Assembly (NCBI GenBank): GCA_047285805.1
Contig: JBJBCN010000003.1
Coordinates: 320,001 to 384,000, forward strand
DNA from: Synechococcus sp.
Lineage (GTDB): Bacteria; Cyanobacteriota; Cyanobacteriia; PCC-6307; Cyanobiaceae
DNA length: 64,000 bases
Reading direction: 5' to 3'
The first letter of the stretch is position 1. Every line of letters begins with the position of its first letter. Shown here piece by piece: positions 10,653-21,756 of the stretch. A program made the translations under genes and the position numbers. Under the pieces are notes generated by a model. The model was not told where the DNA came from and did no database searches. It saw only the letters and a list, made by a program, of their open reading frames with translations.

Positions 10653-11827
10653 TAGTCCTTCGGTCCTTTGCTGGCTGCAACCGCTGAAGGATTGGTGGGC
10701 GGATTCTCCATCGAACCCACCACGCGATAACCCTGCTGACGAAGCAGCGCCTCCTTAGCGGCCTCCTCTTTGTCCGTTATGACCATCTCAGCCACCAGTT
10801 CTTCAAGGGTGGTCGTGGGGGTCCAGCCCAACTTCTCTCGTGCCTTGGTGGGATCACCCAGCAGGGTCTCCACCTCGGCAGGCCTGAAGTAGCGCGGGTC
10901 AATCCGAACAACAACGGCACCAGTGTCCGACCGCCTACCGACTTCGTCGAGACCGCTGCCTTCCCATTGGATGGCGCCCCAACCCAGCTGCTCAGCCGTG
11001 AGCTCAATGAAGCGGCGAACGCTTTCTTGACGACCGGTGGCGATCACAAAGTCTTCCGGGGTCTGCTGCTGGAGCATCCGCCACTGCATCTCGACGTAAT
11101 CACGAGCGTGACCCCAATCCCGCAGGGAGTCGATGTTGCCCATGAATAGGCAGTGTTCAAGGCCCGCATCAATGCGGGCGAGGCCCCTAGTGATCTTCCG
11201 GGTGACAAAAGTTTCACCCCGGCGCGGTGATTCGTGGTTAAAGAGCACGCCATTGCAGGCGTACATGCCGTAACTCTCGCGGTAGTTGACCGTGATCCAG
11301 TAGCCATACAACTTGGCCACGGCATAGGGGCTACGTGGATAGAAGGGCGTCGTTTCCTTCTGAGGGATCTCCTGAACCAGGCCGTACAACTCGCTGGTAC
11401 TGGCCTGATAAATCTTGGTTGAGTCCGTGAGGCCGAGCATGCGCACTGCCTCAAGAATCCGCAATGTCCCCAACGCATCACTATTGGCGGTGTACTCAGG
11501 AGCCTCAAAACTCACCGCCACATGGCTCTGAGCGCCGAGGTTGTAGATCTCGTGCGGCTGCACCTGCTCAATGATACGAATCAGGTTCGTGCTGTCGGTC
11601 AGATCCCCGTAATGCAGAACCAAGCGAGGATCAGCCTCATGCGGATCTTGATAAAGGTGATCGATCCGGGTGGTGTTGAAACTGCTGGCCCGGCGTTTGA
11701 TGCCGTGAACCACGTACCCCTTGTCGAGGAGGAGCTCAGCGAGGTAACTGCCGTCTTGGCCTGTGATCCCGGTAATCAGAGCCTTGCGCCCGGTGCAATC
11801 AATCGAGGCGGGGTCAAAGCTCATCAC
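10652..11827 (-). CDS. gmd: GDP-mannose 4,6-dehydratase
   Basis: [52 protein letters not shown]. Confidence 0.97.
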   Translation of the reverse strand: MMSFDPASIDCTGRKALITGITGQDGSYLAELLLDKGYVVHGIKRRASSFNTTRIDHLYQDPHEADPRLVLHYGDLTDSTNLIRIIEQVQPHEIYNLGAQSHVAVSFEAPEYTANSDALGTLRILEAVRMLGLTDSTKIYQASTSELYGLVQEIPQKETTPFYPRSPYAVAKLYGYWITVNYRESYGMYACNGVLFNHESPRRGETFVTRKITRGLARIDAGLEHCLFMGNIDSLRDWGHARDYVEMQWRMLQQQTPEDFVIATGRQESVRRFIELTAEQLGWGAIQWEGSGLDEVGRRSDTGAVVVRIDPRYFRPAEVETLLGDPTKAREKLGWTPTTTLEELVAEMVITDKEEAAKEALLRQQGYRVVGSMENPPTNPSAVAASKGPKD

Positions 11828-13083
11828 TCTCTATCCAACGGAGATGGGCCCACAGGCAAAAAAGCCAGGGCCCCTAAACCCAAGAACCCAAAATAGAAGA
11901 GCAAGCCATCCGCATAGATCAAAGGCTGGAACAGCCATTGCACTGTCAACACGATTAAGAAGCCGGCAGCGATCAATGCATATCCGCGAGATGACGAGTC
12001 ACTGAGCAGATGACCCAGCTGCCGGAACGCACGACAAAGAAGCGGAACCACGGCCACCATGATGGCCACGGCGGGGATCAAACCAGCTCTGACGACGAGG
12101 TCAAACGGGACACTGTGCAGCATGTCTCCGGCAGAGGCGTCGAACCCGATCCACAACTGACGTTGTTGATCGAAGTACTGAAAACTCAGGCGCTGGCCGC
12201 CCCAAAGCGTGTCTGGTATGTGGCTAAAAAACGCCAGGAAGCGATCGATACGCTCGTCGTAGACGCGAGCCAAGAGGCGGGATGTGATGTCACCTCGCCC
12301 CCACAGCAACGAGAACAACGACAACAGCAGAAAACCGCCAAGCCCCAACAAAGCCCATGCGGTCAACTGGAATGGTTGACGCGCGGCCTGTCGCTCCGAA
12401 GCTGCCACCCAGGCCAGAGGCACGAAAGACAGCAGACCAACCAAGAGCCCGATCCGGCCATGGAACGCCAACACCGCCAGTAGACCGAAGACTCCGGCTA
12501 CCAACATGAACAGGGCGAGGCGCGGTTGCTCTTTGCGTAGGAGCAACCAGAGGCCAGGGAACATCCAAGCCATCGCAAAAGAAGCGTTCTGCTCGACAGA
12601 ACGCACATTCATCACCCCTTGCTGTCCCCAGGGCACGGCAATGCTCAAATCCCTGTGCTGCCTCCAGATCTCCAAGGGTGAAGCTGAAAAAGCATCCCGA
12701 CCCAAGACCAGAACCGCCCAGACGTAAGCCAAAGCTCCAAAGCCATAGGCAAACCAAAGCCAACTGAGCTGACGAGGAGTCCAACACTGGGCTAAACGCG
12801 CCCCTAGCCAGACCCCCCCACAGGGGAGCACGAGCACCGAGATCAAATCGAGAACATCAAGACCCTGCAGGGACCAGAACCCGTAGTGGAGGGACGCCCA
12901 GGCGTAGCCGACGCTGAATACAGAAAGGGCGAGGAGCGGCCACAACCGTTGATGAGCCAAGGACGAGGCCTTGCGGGTCTGCCAAACCAGGACTGCATAA
13001 AGCAGATAAAGCAGTGTGAATGCCTTAGGCAAATGTAAGCCAACCAAAAACGCGAGTAGCAAAGGAATCCATAGCGAATTCAT
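11824..13083 (-). CDS. O-antigen ligase / Wzy_C family membrane protein
   Basis: ~11-12 TMs; late loop [15 protein letters not shown] resembles the HNxxLxxxxxxG motif of WaaL/Wzy_C proteins. Confidence 0.6.
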   Translation of the reverse strand: MNSLWIPLLLAFLVGLHLPKAFTLLYLLYAVLVWQTRKASSLAHQRLWPLLALSVFSVGYAWASLHYGFWSLQGLDVLDLISVLVLPCGGVWLGARLAQCWTPRQLSWLWFAYGFGALAYVWAVLVLGRDAFSASPLEIWRQHRDLSIAVPWGQQGVMNVRSVEQNASFAMAWMFPGLWLLLRKEQPRLALFMLVAGVFGLLAVLAFHGRIGLLVGLLSFVPLAWVAASERQAARQPFQLTAWALLGLGGFLLLSLFSLLWGRGDITSRLLARVYDERIDRFLAFFSHIPDTLWGGQRLSFQYFDQQRQLWIGFDASAGDMLHSVPFDLVVRAGLIPAVAIMVAVVPLLCRAFRQLGHLLSDSSSRGYALIAAGFLIVLTVQWLFQPLIYADGLLFYFGFLGLGALAFLPVGPSPLDRE

Positions 13084-14222
13084 TGACGATCTCTGCCCTC
13101 GCTATCCAGCTCCTGGCGTAAAGAATCCAGATCAACAACGAGCTGGCGTTGATAGGGGTGCAGTTGACGATCCAAGCGTGCCGAATCCACACCAGGTTGA
13201 CAATAGAAGTGTCTGATCAAGCCGAGGTGGAAGCTGTTGTAGATGCCACCACCAAGCATCTGCAATCGAAATGGATAGCGAGCAGAATTCACCGGATTGA
13301 GCTCCAGAAGACGATAAGGCCGATCACGCGAGATCAAAGCATTCATAACCATCGAACCTTGCTCACACCAGAGGCTAGATGCCTCGCGAATCCAATTCAG
13401 AAGGTGCAGCGGCGAATGGGAAGTTGGATTCAAAACGGAATAGCCATGATCACAGAAGATACCTTCAACAGCTTCAATGTTCAGGATTCGCTGCTGACGC
13501 TGAGAGCTGAGAAATATACGCCTAGGACCGCAAGATTCTGCGTGGGGCTTTTCGGAACTAGGCAATGAAGAAGACATGCAGTCACGAATCAGCGATAGGT
13601 TCTGCCAGGGACTCAGGCGAGGGAGAAGCATTGCCCGCTCCAACAGCCAGTTCACTTCCAAATACCGCTGTGGAGTCATCACAAAAAGTGAGTCGTTCGG
13701 GCAAAGCTCTTGCAAAAACTCGGCCCAGCCGTGAGAGGGCGCAATAGCAACCAATCGGGGCGGGTCAGTCAGGGCCTGCAACTGACGCGCATACCAAAGA
13801 AAGGCACCCAGTTGATCGCCAACCCAATGACCAAAGTGACTGGTGAGGTGGGGAAACACTGCATAGGAACCATCGAGAGGTTTACTGGGCTTGTTGAGCT
13901 GCTTACGAATGCTGTGGTATTGAATCCGTCGATACGGAGCTGCTTGGCCTCTGGAAACGCCCTTGGCTAAAGCCCACGTTTCGATGCACGGATAGTGAAC
14001 GATCGATGAACTGCGATAGGCATGACTCACAAGCCGCACATCATCCACATAAGAGGGAAACGCCAATGGATCTACGAGGATTGATTGCGAATATGCCCTT
14101 GAAGACCCTCTTGAGCAGTCAAGAACGTGCCGATAGCCCAGGCAACCTGTATCGGCTATTCGCAGCCACAGTTCTCGTACACAGTCGCCAGACAGACCTC
14201 GGAGTCCTTTCACCAGTAACAA
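13080..14222 (-). CDS. Glycosyltransferase family 61 (DUF563), divergent
   Basis: SHFGHW, RRIFLS..RILNIE, EQGSMVMN motifs. Confidence 0.7.
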   Translation of the reverse strand: MLLVKGLRGLSGDCVRELWLRIADTGCLGYRHVLDCSRGSSRAYSQSILVDPLAFPSYVDDVRLVSHAYRSSSIVHYPCIETWALAKGVSRGQAAPYRRIQYHSIRKQLNKPSKPLDGSYAVFPHLTSHFGHWVGDQLGAFLWYARQLQALTDPPRLVAIAPSHGWAEFLQELCPNDSLFVMTPQRYLEVNWLLERAMLLPRLSPWQNLSLIRDCMSSSLPSSEKPHAESCGPRRIFLSSQRQQRILNIEAVEGIFCDHGYSVLNPTSHSPLHLLNWIREASSLWCEQGSMVMNALISRDRPYRLLELNPVNSARYPFRLQMLGGGIYNSFHLGLIRHFYCQPGVDSARLDRQLHPYQRQLVVDLDSLRQELDSEGRDRQ

Positions 14223-15133
14223 CCTCCGTCGACCGCTCCAGCGAGTAGGGGTGTCTCAGAAGAGGATGGACGGACCCAAGCGTCATTCATCAATGAAAGA
14301 TATTGCGGCATCGCCTCCCAACGACGCCCTCGAATGCCAAACAACAACTGCAAAGCGCCACCGAGATGCACAGCTGGCTTACCCATCTGCTTGATCGCGG
14401 CACCGAGTGGCAACCCATAGGCGCCACACCCAATCAATGCAACATCGAAAGGGATCATGGATACACGCTCGACAAGCCGACTTAGAGCATCATTCCAGGA
14501 TCGAAAGCCATCTCGGTCATGGCCAAGGGTTTGAGGCGGACGTACACAAATTAAATCAAATTCGGGGAGCAGTGAGGGAGAATTGGGATGAATATGACTC
14601 GACCTTAGATGTTGCCTTTCAATAGTCTCCACGAAGGGGTGGACCACCAATACACGCTTACCACTAAGCACTCGAGACCAAGGCTCTACAGACCACCAAG
14701 GCTCTAAGGCAGCTAAATCACAGGTCCTGGGAGTTAAAGGGAGCTTGTCCACCAGTCTGAACTGATATGGGCTATCCCAAATCCCCAAGAGATCGACTGC
14801 TCCCAGTGAGGAGTAGAGCCTGATTGCGGCTTCGTCAAGAGATTTTTTACCTACGGGGAAAATTCCTGCATTGCGATGGGCCTGATTAAGAGTCAGACGC
14901 GAATAAGAAGAGCCCTTAAATAAATACTCAGCAACCAACCTGGATTCAACCGAACCCAAGCGACCGACCAAATAAGGTTTTCCCTCTGAGATAGATACCT
15001 CTATCAGGCGTGCTGCCGAATCAGTCGACAGCCGATCCAGCAAAAGCCTCTTAAAGCGATAATGCCTTAAAGACGCAGGGAAGAATTGCAGATAGCGCTT
15101 CAATTCATGCTTAATACGCCATGCGGATGTCAT
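14210..15133 (-). CDS. Conserved polysaccharide-cluster protein, possible glycosyltransferase
   Basis: VGRLGSVE, KRVLVVHPF, FDVALIGCGAYGLPL, HLGGALQLLFGIRGRRW, ends GGCYW; coupled to neighbours. Confidence 0.6.
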   Translation of the reverse strand: MTSAWRIKHELKRYLQFFPASLRHYRFKRLLLDRLSTDSAARLIEVSISEGKPYLVGRLGSVESRLVAEYLFKGSSYSRLTLNQAHRNAGIFPVGKKSLDEAAIRLYSSLGAVDLLGIWDSPYQFRLVDKLPLTPRTCDLAALEPWWSVEPWSRVLSGKRVLVVHPFVETIERQHLRSSHIHPNSPSLLPEFDLICVRPPQTLGHDRDGFRSWNDALSRLVERVSMIPFDVALIGCGAYGLPLGAAIKQMGKPAVHLGGALQLLFGIRGRRWEAMPQYLSLMNDAWVRPSSSETPLLAGAVDGGCYW

Positions 15134-15134
15134 A

Positions 15135-16784
15135 CTAGTACTCAGTGCTCCTAGTCTCGTCGGCCAGAGATTTGTCTACTTCATAAAAGACGTTACCTGC
15201 TTCGTCAGCAATAGCCCGAATGCCGCAAAGAATACTATCGGAAGAGATAGTCTCAGAAGACTTATAGTTTCTTTGTCCAAGCTTCGATAAAGCCCAGTTG
15301 AATGCGTCCCGAGATTGCATACCAGGCTGCCAACCATGACGGGGCTGCCAACCGGAATAGCCGGAAACGCTCTTCAAGCCTGGGACATTAAGCATTGCAT
15401 GCATGGCGAACACGTCACGATGCCACCGAAATAGTCTATTGGCCTCAAGATGGAGGACATCGCAACCTTGCGCAAGCAACTCTGTCCGAAAAGTGTTTTG
15501 GTCTTTCTGCCATGCAACAACATCAAAGGCAAGGACAGATTTAGGCAGAAGTGAAATCCACAACAGTGGAAGGGAGCAAATAAACAGAAAGAATGGACCT
15601 TGTCTCCAACGTCTCACCAATGTTTGTTCCAAATCAAGAACCAATCCGGACAGAGGAAATGCCGAAAGAAACCAGAGCACTGATGCAATCCTTCCAGCCG
15701 CATTGACAGCTCGGACAGATGGAACAAGAAGCATTGGCAACCACCAAAGGGTGATGAAGCCAAATGAGGTTACCGATAGACCCAGAAAAAGCAGGGACTT
15801 TGCCAGCAACTGATCTGGATGAGCGATTTTTCTCCAAAAGAAGACACTGGCAAGAGAGGCAGAAAACAGCAAGATTCCTGGGAACAGAAAGGGTTCGCTT
15901 CCGGACGCATGAGGGTGAATAGGTAAACCGAGATACTGACGACCAGAACCGCTTAACCAAGCCCAGAAGTTTGGAAGGTTTTTTGTGATTTCATCGGTAC
16001 CCCGGGCTCCCATCACGAGAGACGTGTTGAGATAAGGGAGGATTAGAACAACATTGAGTAGGAACAAAATGGCAAGGATTATCCTTTGGCAGTTCGTCAA
16101 AGAGTGAATCCAAGATAGCCAGAAGTCCCTACGTTTGAAGCGGTACAGACCACGCCCTGACAGGAGATAGCTTGAGACAACAATCAGTAGAGCAAAGACA
16201 CCTATGTACGGACCAACCAGCCAGTTCAATAGTAAAAAGATAAGGCCCCAAGTCTTTTGTCTGCGCAGTAATGCAAGTGCAAGGGGGGGCAGAAACCACA
16301 GAGTCAACAACTGTAGATGATTCAGTTGTGCAAGAACAACATGATTAAACGCAGCCAATATACAAACAGCCGATACCAGCCAACTTTTTCGGTTCAACTT
16401 CCAAAGACAGATTCGGAGGCTGACATAGTTAAAAGTCAGCGTCAAGCCAAACCATATAAGTAGCGCCTGGGGCGGCGGAAAACCAAGGAGCTTAAAGGAG
16501 CCGTAAGAGATGCTAGGAAGAAATAAATGATCACTCCAACCACGTACACCATCGACGGGAAAATAAAAGTCAGGAGAAAACCAGGCTTGACCCGAAAACA
16601 GATTTAAAGAGGAAAAGGGAATGGTGGCAAGGTTATGTTCAAAGAACCAAAGATTCAGAAGTGTATCTCCACTATCTCCAGGGAGGATCCTTCCAAAATC
16701 AAGCAGATACGGCCATAAGGCGACGACCGTTGAGATGGCTCCAACAAAAATTACGTGGAAAGTCCACAAAAGTCGCTGCTTCAT
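15135..16784 (-). CDS. GT-C-like polytopic membrane protein (YfhO-like)
   Basis: PGDSGDT acidic motif after TM1, FYFP, SDH, HLQL, C-terminal SGYSG soluble domain. Confidence 0.65.
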   Translation of the reverse strand: MKQRLLWTFHVIFVGAISTVVALWPYLLDFGRILPGDSGDTLLNLWFFEHNLATIPFSSLNLFSGQAWFSPDFYFPVDGVRGWSDHLFLPSISYGSFKLLGFPPPQALLIWFGLTLTFNYVSLRICLWKLNRKSWLVSAVCILAAFNHVVLAQLNHLQLLTLWFLPPLALALLRRQKTWGLIFLLLNWLVGPYIGVFALLIVVSSYLLSGRGLYRFKRRDFWLSWIHSLTNCQRIILAILFLLNVVLILPYLNTSLVMGARGTDEITKNLPNFWAWLSGSGRQYLGLPIHPHASGSEPFLFPGILLFSASLASVFFWRKIAHPDQLLAKSLLFLGLSVTSFGFITLWWLPMLLVPSVRAVNAAGRIASVLWFLSAFPLSGLVLDLEQTLVRRWRQGPFFLFICSLPLLWISLLPKSVLAFDVVAWQKDQNTFRTELLAQGCDVLHLEANRLFRWHRDVFAMHAMLNVPGLKSVSGYSGWQPRHGWQPGMQSRDAFNWALSKLGQRNYKSSETISSDSILCGIRAIADEAGNVFYEVDKSLADETRSTEY

Positions 16785-16788
16785 AAGA

Positions 16789-18063
16789 CTAAGTGCTTAA
16801 GATCTGCTTCCAGACACTCAGACCTGCGTAGGGAACCCAAGCAAAAATCTGACTGGACTGATATGTACAGCAGTGAGAGGGAGTAACGAGTGAAGCAGAA
16901 ACCCCTAAAATGACAAATGGCCAGTGCATAGCAATGCCAATTTTGTTGGGCTTAGATAGGGGGGTTCGCCGAATGGACACTCTCTCTTCATTAGAGATAG
17001 AAAGCAATGCGAGCATACCTGCGCAAGCCAACATTGCGAACCATCGGCCATAGTCAATCGTTGCCATAAATAAAGGTAGAGCGATCAGAAGCTGAAAGAA
17101 TAGGAAAATCCCAGCTTGCCTACTTGGGAGAACACGGTGCCTAAGTTGCCTAGCAATCAAGGCGTAACAAGCCCAAGTAAGACACACAGCAAGAAATCCA
17201 TGGAGTAGTGACCAGCTCAACTGGCTTGTGCTCAAATCCCATGTAAAAAAGCTAGGCTTAGTTAGAGCAAGTTCGGTGATAGAAGAACCAGGAAGTGCAT
17301 TGTCAGGCAGTAATGCAACTGAGCGGAGACTGGCTTGGAGACAGTTCACATCCTCTAATCGACCTTTGTTCAATACTGCAAGAACAAACGCAGCCGCACT
17401 TGGCATGACGAGGAGAAGGGAATTGAGATAGCCCTGGCGAGACAGCAATCTTGCAAGAAAGAGTGCAGGGGTTATCAGGAGTGCGAATGGCTCATGGTTA
17501 AATACCGCTGCGACCTGAACAATAGCGGCAAGACAATAAAAGAAGGTTTTCCTCGCAACCGAAGAAGTAGAATCAAGCCTTTTGACTATAAAGAGTATTA
17601 GAGCAAACAAGCAAAGCTGCAATGCGTCTTTGCGAAATAATGACCCTGCATGAGTAAGCATGACAGGCATTGCTGTTGGAGCAAAGAGAATAAGAAGGGA
17701 AGGAAGTAACGCCAGCTTAGATCTCAGAGACCGATAAAGAATGAAGCCTAGAGCGAGTGAAGCTGCAGCCATTAACGCAGCAAGAATCGCAACGTATGCG
17801 GACTGCTGATCAACTAATCGAGTTAACAACCAGCTCATCTGACCCAGAAGGCCACGCCTAACAAAGCCTGCGCAATAGCGAATCGCGAGCTCAGATCCCC
17901 ACCATTCAGAGACACCAACATTAGATGGATAGGCAAGAATATTTTGAACATACAGGCCAAAGTCATAAATAGCCGCTCCAGCTATCGATAACCAAGCAAT
18001 GAGCATCAGTCCACGCCGAACGATTGGACGTACTGCAAGAGAAGACGTCATGAACTTGAACAC
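16789..18063 (-). CDS. Polytopic membrane protein, possible GT-C glycosyltransferase
   Basis: YCAGFVRRGLLG, RKD, NHE, DYGRW motifs between ~10 TMs. Confidence 0.55.
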   Translation of the reverse strand: MFKFMTSSLAVRPIVRRGLMLIAWLSIAGAAIYDFGLYVQNILAYPSNVGVSEWWGSELAIRYCAGFVRRGLLGQMSWLLTRLVDQQSAYVAILAALMAAASLALGFILYRSLRSKLALLPSLLILFAPTAMPVMLTHAGSLFRKDALQLCLFALILFIVKRLDSTSSVARKTFFYCLAAIVQVAAVFNHEPFALLITPALFLARLLSRQGYLNSLLLVMPSAAAFVLAVLNKGRLEDVNCLQASLRSVALLPDNALPGSSITELALTKPSFFTWDLSTSQLSWSLLHGFLAVCLTWACYALIARQLRHRVLPSRQAGIFLFFQLLIALPLFMATIDYGRWFAMLACAGMLALLSISNEERVSIRRTPLSKPNKIGIAMHWPFVILGVSASLVTPSHCCTYQSSQIFAWVPYAGLSVWKQILST

Positions 18064-19454
18064 TCCTCTATAGAAAGATGCCCAACAGTTCTATTGCTAC
18101 ATGTCCAACCTGATTTTTTTGCTGCCTGAATCAATTGATTCGTCTTGCGAGGTGATGAGCCGAACCCAGGATCAGTTTTGTTGAGAATCAGCATGTCGAA
18201 CCCATACGGAAACAACTGAGCTGCGGGCCTAGCGACAAAGTCAGCCTCTAGTCGATTAGAGATATGAGCCGAGAGACCATTGGATGTCAGTACGCGTTGC
18301 TCAGCTGGAATACTGGAAAGGTGCTCATAATATTTCAAGAATGGCCATGGATTGCGCCACAAAAGAAACCAGCCAGGGTTGAGATTAAGATTAACTGTCA
18401 GATTGATAACTGAAAGAAGCCAAAAAACAAGAAGTATCGGGTTGAGTTGAGCAGTTGAGAACCTTACAAAGAAGAGAGTGTGGGCAGATTCTAGTGCCGC
18501 CAGTGCAAAGAATGGAGCAATCATCATTCCATAGTGGTAAAGGATAGACACCTGATTGGGGTTAGCCGAAAGAGCCAGAGGAGTCAAAACAACCAGCGAT
18601 CCAGCGATCCATGGTATTGAACTCTTGTCCAGAAAGATCAGCCATGGAATAATTAATGCCAGGAAGAACATGGGAGCCATAGATAGGCTCGTGCCATCAA
18701 ACGCCTGAATGAAATGGTGCAAAGAGAGAGGTTCCCGATAAAAACCTAGAGCCGCATCAAACAGATGCGCATAGTTACCTGAATTGTGGTGACCGCCTGG
18801 GAAGAAGAGGGGATACCAGAAAACTGACAAAAAAACGGTCCACACAAGGACAACGCAAGTCAACAGAGCAGAGAGCGTTCGCTTTCCCTGAAGAAAGCAA
18901 GTCAGTGACAAGCCTCCCACAACCAGAACACTGGTCTCGCGGATCGAGAGAATGAGAATCAGAGCGAAGATGCTCCAAATGAGTCTTCTCTGGCGGACTT
19001 GCAGCCAAAAGAAAAATACTGCTAGAGGGAAAAGCGAATCGGGATGAAAGTCAAACCAACACGCATTCCAAAGAGCTGGTTGAAAGAAATAGGCCATTAA
19101 GGCTAACTTTTTCACTTTCGGCGAAACTCTTGTAATACTTGCAAGCCGCAGAAGGACAAGTGAAGCACCTGCCAATGAAACGACCTGAAGAGTCAGCAAA
19201 AACGCTGGACTACTCCAAAACCGATAGAAGAGAGAGATCGGAACAAGAACGAAAGAAGCGTGATCAGCCAGAACAGGCCAACCGGTTAATGATGCTGATT
19301 CTGAAAAGTATCCACGGCTCAGCATCCACGAGAACTGGTTGAAGATGCCCAGATCCCAAGCATTCGACGACAAGCTCAACCAGCGCCCTAAGGCTATAAC
19401 GAGCATCAAGAATGCCGCCAAAGCAATAAGCAGGTAATCAAGCCATTTCGTCAT
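18048..19454 (-). CDS. DUF2079 family membrane protein (GT-C-like), copy 1
   Basis: WDLGIFNQ, LADHAS, FDFHP, IRET, YHY motifs. Confidence 0.8.
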   Translation of the reverse strand: MTKWLDYLLIALAAFLMLVIALGRWLSLSSNAWDLGIFNQFSWMLSRGYFSESASLTGWPVLADHASFVLVPISLFYRFWSSPAFLLTLQVVSLAGASLVLLRLASITRVSPKVKKLALMAYFFQPALWNACWFDFHPDSLFPLAVFFFWLQVRQRRLIWSIFALILILSIRETSVLVVGGLSLTCFLQGKRTLSALLTCVVLVWTVFLSVFWYPLFFPGGHHNSGNYAHLFDAALGFYREPLSLHHFIQAFDGTSLSMAPMFFLALIIPWLIFLDKSSIPWIAGSLVVLTPLALSANPNQVSILYHYGMMIAPFFALAALESAHTLFFVRFSTAQLNPILLVFWLLSVINLTVNLNLNPGWFLLWRNPWPFLKYYEHLSSIPAEQRVLTSNGLSAHISNRLEADFVARPAAQLFPYGFDMLILNKTDPGFGSSPRKTNQLIQAAKKSGWTCSNRTVGHLSIEECSSS

Positions 19455-20518
19455 TGCTCGACCAACAACATCGCGAGTTGAACCCTTTGCTGCCGAGGAG
19501 TAAACCCGCTCCTGGCTCTTAAGTGCGCAGCATCCCCACGCTCAGTAATCAGATTACTTTTCGCAGAAAGTGACGCCACCAAGTTGGCCAATACCGGTGC
19601 TGATGAGGGGACAAGCCAACCCGTCTCACCATCGATGATCAAATCCTGCTGGCCGCCCAAAAGCGCTGCGATTGAGGCGCGTCCGGCCATGGCTGCCTCC
19701 AGATACGCAATTCCAAAGCCTTCACCAGTGGCTTTACCTGCAGCATCAATGGCGAACCCGCTGGGCATCAAAAAGACACTGCAGCGCAGGAACTCCTCAA
19801 TCAACTGCTGGTCGCTTAAACGACCTCTCCAATCAATCTGGTCGGCCACACCAAAGCGCAAAGCCTTCTCATGAAGTCTCTGGCGGTCATTGCCATCCCC
19901 GACCACGGTCCAGCGCAGTTCAGGCTCCAAAGCACCTTGCTGCTTGAGCAGATTTAAAGCATCCAAGATCTGATCATGTCCTTTGTATCGCTCACCCGCA
20001 TCAAGCCTGGCGACCGTCAATAGGCGCAGAGGCAACCCTGGTGGTGGGATGTGGTCCGGGAACTTCAAATCCGAACACGGATGCACGACGGTGATCGGTG
20101 GGCAAGTGGGGAGCCCACCCCGGACCTGCTGAGCCGTAAAACTGCTGCTCGCAGCCAAAGCCGTGCAGGCGCATAGATCCCGGCGCGCTACAGCCAACGC
20201 CTTGCCCCACACTTCGATCCCATGGAGCCAGCAATAGAGGGGCCTGGCAGCCAGAGCAGGGAAAAGGACACGGAGCTTCAGCGGCTTGAGCAGCAGCACA
20301 TGCATGCTGAACACGCTTTTGGCCTGAGGAAGCCACCAGAGCAGCTGCAGCAAGAACCAAAGCCGACCAAGCCAATGCCCGAGCAATCCAGGACCGAGGT
20401 GGCGTGTAGCTAAAAGGCGCGGTTGCAGTCCCAACTCCTGGAGCTGCTCAAACACCTGCAAGCTCAGGCGCTCGATGCCGCCAGGTCGACGAACGTCATA
20501 GGTCACCAGCAAGATCAC
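19451..20518 (-). CDS. Glycosyltransferase family 4
   Basis: GGIER, HGIE, RYKGHD, EGFGIAYLEA. Confidence 0.9.
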   Translation of the reverse strand: MILLVTYDVRRPGGIERLSLQVFEQLQELGLQPRLLATRHLGPGLLGHWLGRLWFLLQLLWWLPQAKSVFSMHVLLLKPLKLRVLFPALAARPLYCWLHGIEVWGKALAVARRDLCACTALAASSSFTAQQVRGGLPTCPPITVVHPCSDLKFPDHIPPPGLPLRLLTVARLDAGERYKGHDQILDALNLLKQQGALEPELRWTVVGDGNDRQRLHEKALRFGVADQIDWRGRLSDQQLIEEFLRCSVFLMPSGFAIDAAGKATGEGFGIAYLEAAMAGRASIAALLGGQQDLIIDGETGWLVPSSAPVLANLVASLSAKSNLITERGDAAHLRARSGFTPRQQRVQLAMLLVEQ

Positions 20519-21756
20519 CAGCTCAACACCTCGGCATAGAGATCACCGTGGGCCCGGGCCACTGCATCAGAACGCCACCGGTCGAGGTGCTCGGAGAACA
20601 CCGGTTGGTCCTGAGGACGCTGCAAGGCCCAACGGATTCCTTGAGCCAACGCTTCTGGGTCAGATTGCTCAGCCAACCAGCCGCTTTGCAGATGGGTAAT
20701 GACATCTGCCATTCCCCCCTGGTCAAAGGCCACCACGGGTGTGCCACAGGCAATGGCTTCGGTGGCTGATTGGGGCAGGTTGTCCATCCGAGAGGGAACT
20801 ACAACGACATCCGCTGCGGCATAGGCCAAAGCAAGGCTGACATCGTCATGGAGTCGCCCGCTGTAGAAAACCGGAATCGGCCAATCCTTTGGCTGCCTGG
20901 GCTGGGATTGCCCAAGGATTACTGCCATCAGCTGATCGGAGTTTTGGAGGACCAAGCGTCGAAGCGCCGACTGCAGCAAATCCGCGCCCTTACGAGGATC
21001 CATTGCGTCGATCGCTCCGAACAAAATCAGGCGCTTGTCTTGAGGCCAACCAAGAGCAGCTCGAGCTTGTGAAGGTTCACTGGATCGAAAAACCTTGGGA
21101 ATGGCGTTGGGCAGGACGTGGCATGGCACCCCAGACAACAGCGCAGAGCGCGAAGCCTGCTCAGCCATCCAGCGGGACGGTGCGATCAACTGAAGCCGAG
21201 ACAACAACGATCCCCAGGCTTTTCCCTTGCGCAGCCAAGTCCATCGATCCAAGTCCATCCCGGTATCCAGCTCAGTGCGGTTCCCGCGGCTGTAGCCGAA
21301 AGCAAAGCGGTGATCCTGCGCATGAAGGGGATAGTGCTCACTGCCGCAAAACGGCCAGGTGTCATGAAGGGTCCAAACCACCGGCCCACGCAGACGACCA
21401 ATGGCCTCCACCGACAGGAATTCATCCTGTAGCCAATGCAAATGCAGCAGATCGGCACCTTGGGCGTTGAGCTCACGGTCGAGCCATGAGGGCAAAGACG
21501 CCACCGAATGGGTGACCGGGTTAGCGCTACGTTGCGGTTTGCTGAGCCACCAACTGGCGGTGCTTCGCAACAACGCCATGGCCTGGCGCGGCTTAGAGCG
21601 GGGGGCGTGCACCCAGGAGTCACCGCTGGTGGCGTAGGCCACGCGCATGGAGCTGTCGATACCGTGATCCCGTAGGGCGCGATGCAAGCGGAAGGCTGCC
21701 CTCGCTGCACCTTGCCCTCCGTCGTAGGTGGAGACCTGAAGGATGCGCATCAACAC
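20515..21756 (-). CDS. Glycosyltransferase family 4 (WcaC-like)
   Basis: GAARAAFRLH, WTLHDTW, RKGADLL, DNLPQSATEA. Confidence 0.9.
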   Translation of the reverse strand: MLMRILQVSTYDGGQGAARAAFRLHRALRDHGIDSSMRVAYATSGDSWVHAPRSKPRQAMALLRSTASWWLSKPQRSANPVTHSVASLPSWLDRELNAQGADLLHLHWLQDEFLSVEAIGRLRGPVVWTLHDTWPFCGSEHYPLHAQDHRFAFGYSRGNRTELDTGMDLDRWTWLRKGKAWGSLLSRLQLIAPSRWMAEQASRSALLSGVPCHVLPNAIPKVFRSSEPSQARAALGWPQDKRLILFGAIDAMDPRKGADLLQSALRRLVLQNSDQLMAVILGQSQPRQPKDWPIPVFYSGRLHDDVSLALAYAAADVVVVPSRMDNLPQSATEAIACGTPVVAFDQGGMADVITHLQSGWLAEQSDPEALAQGIRWALQRPQDQPVFSEHLDRWRSDAVARAHGDLYAEVLSW

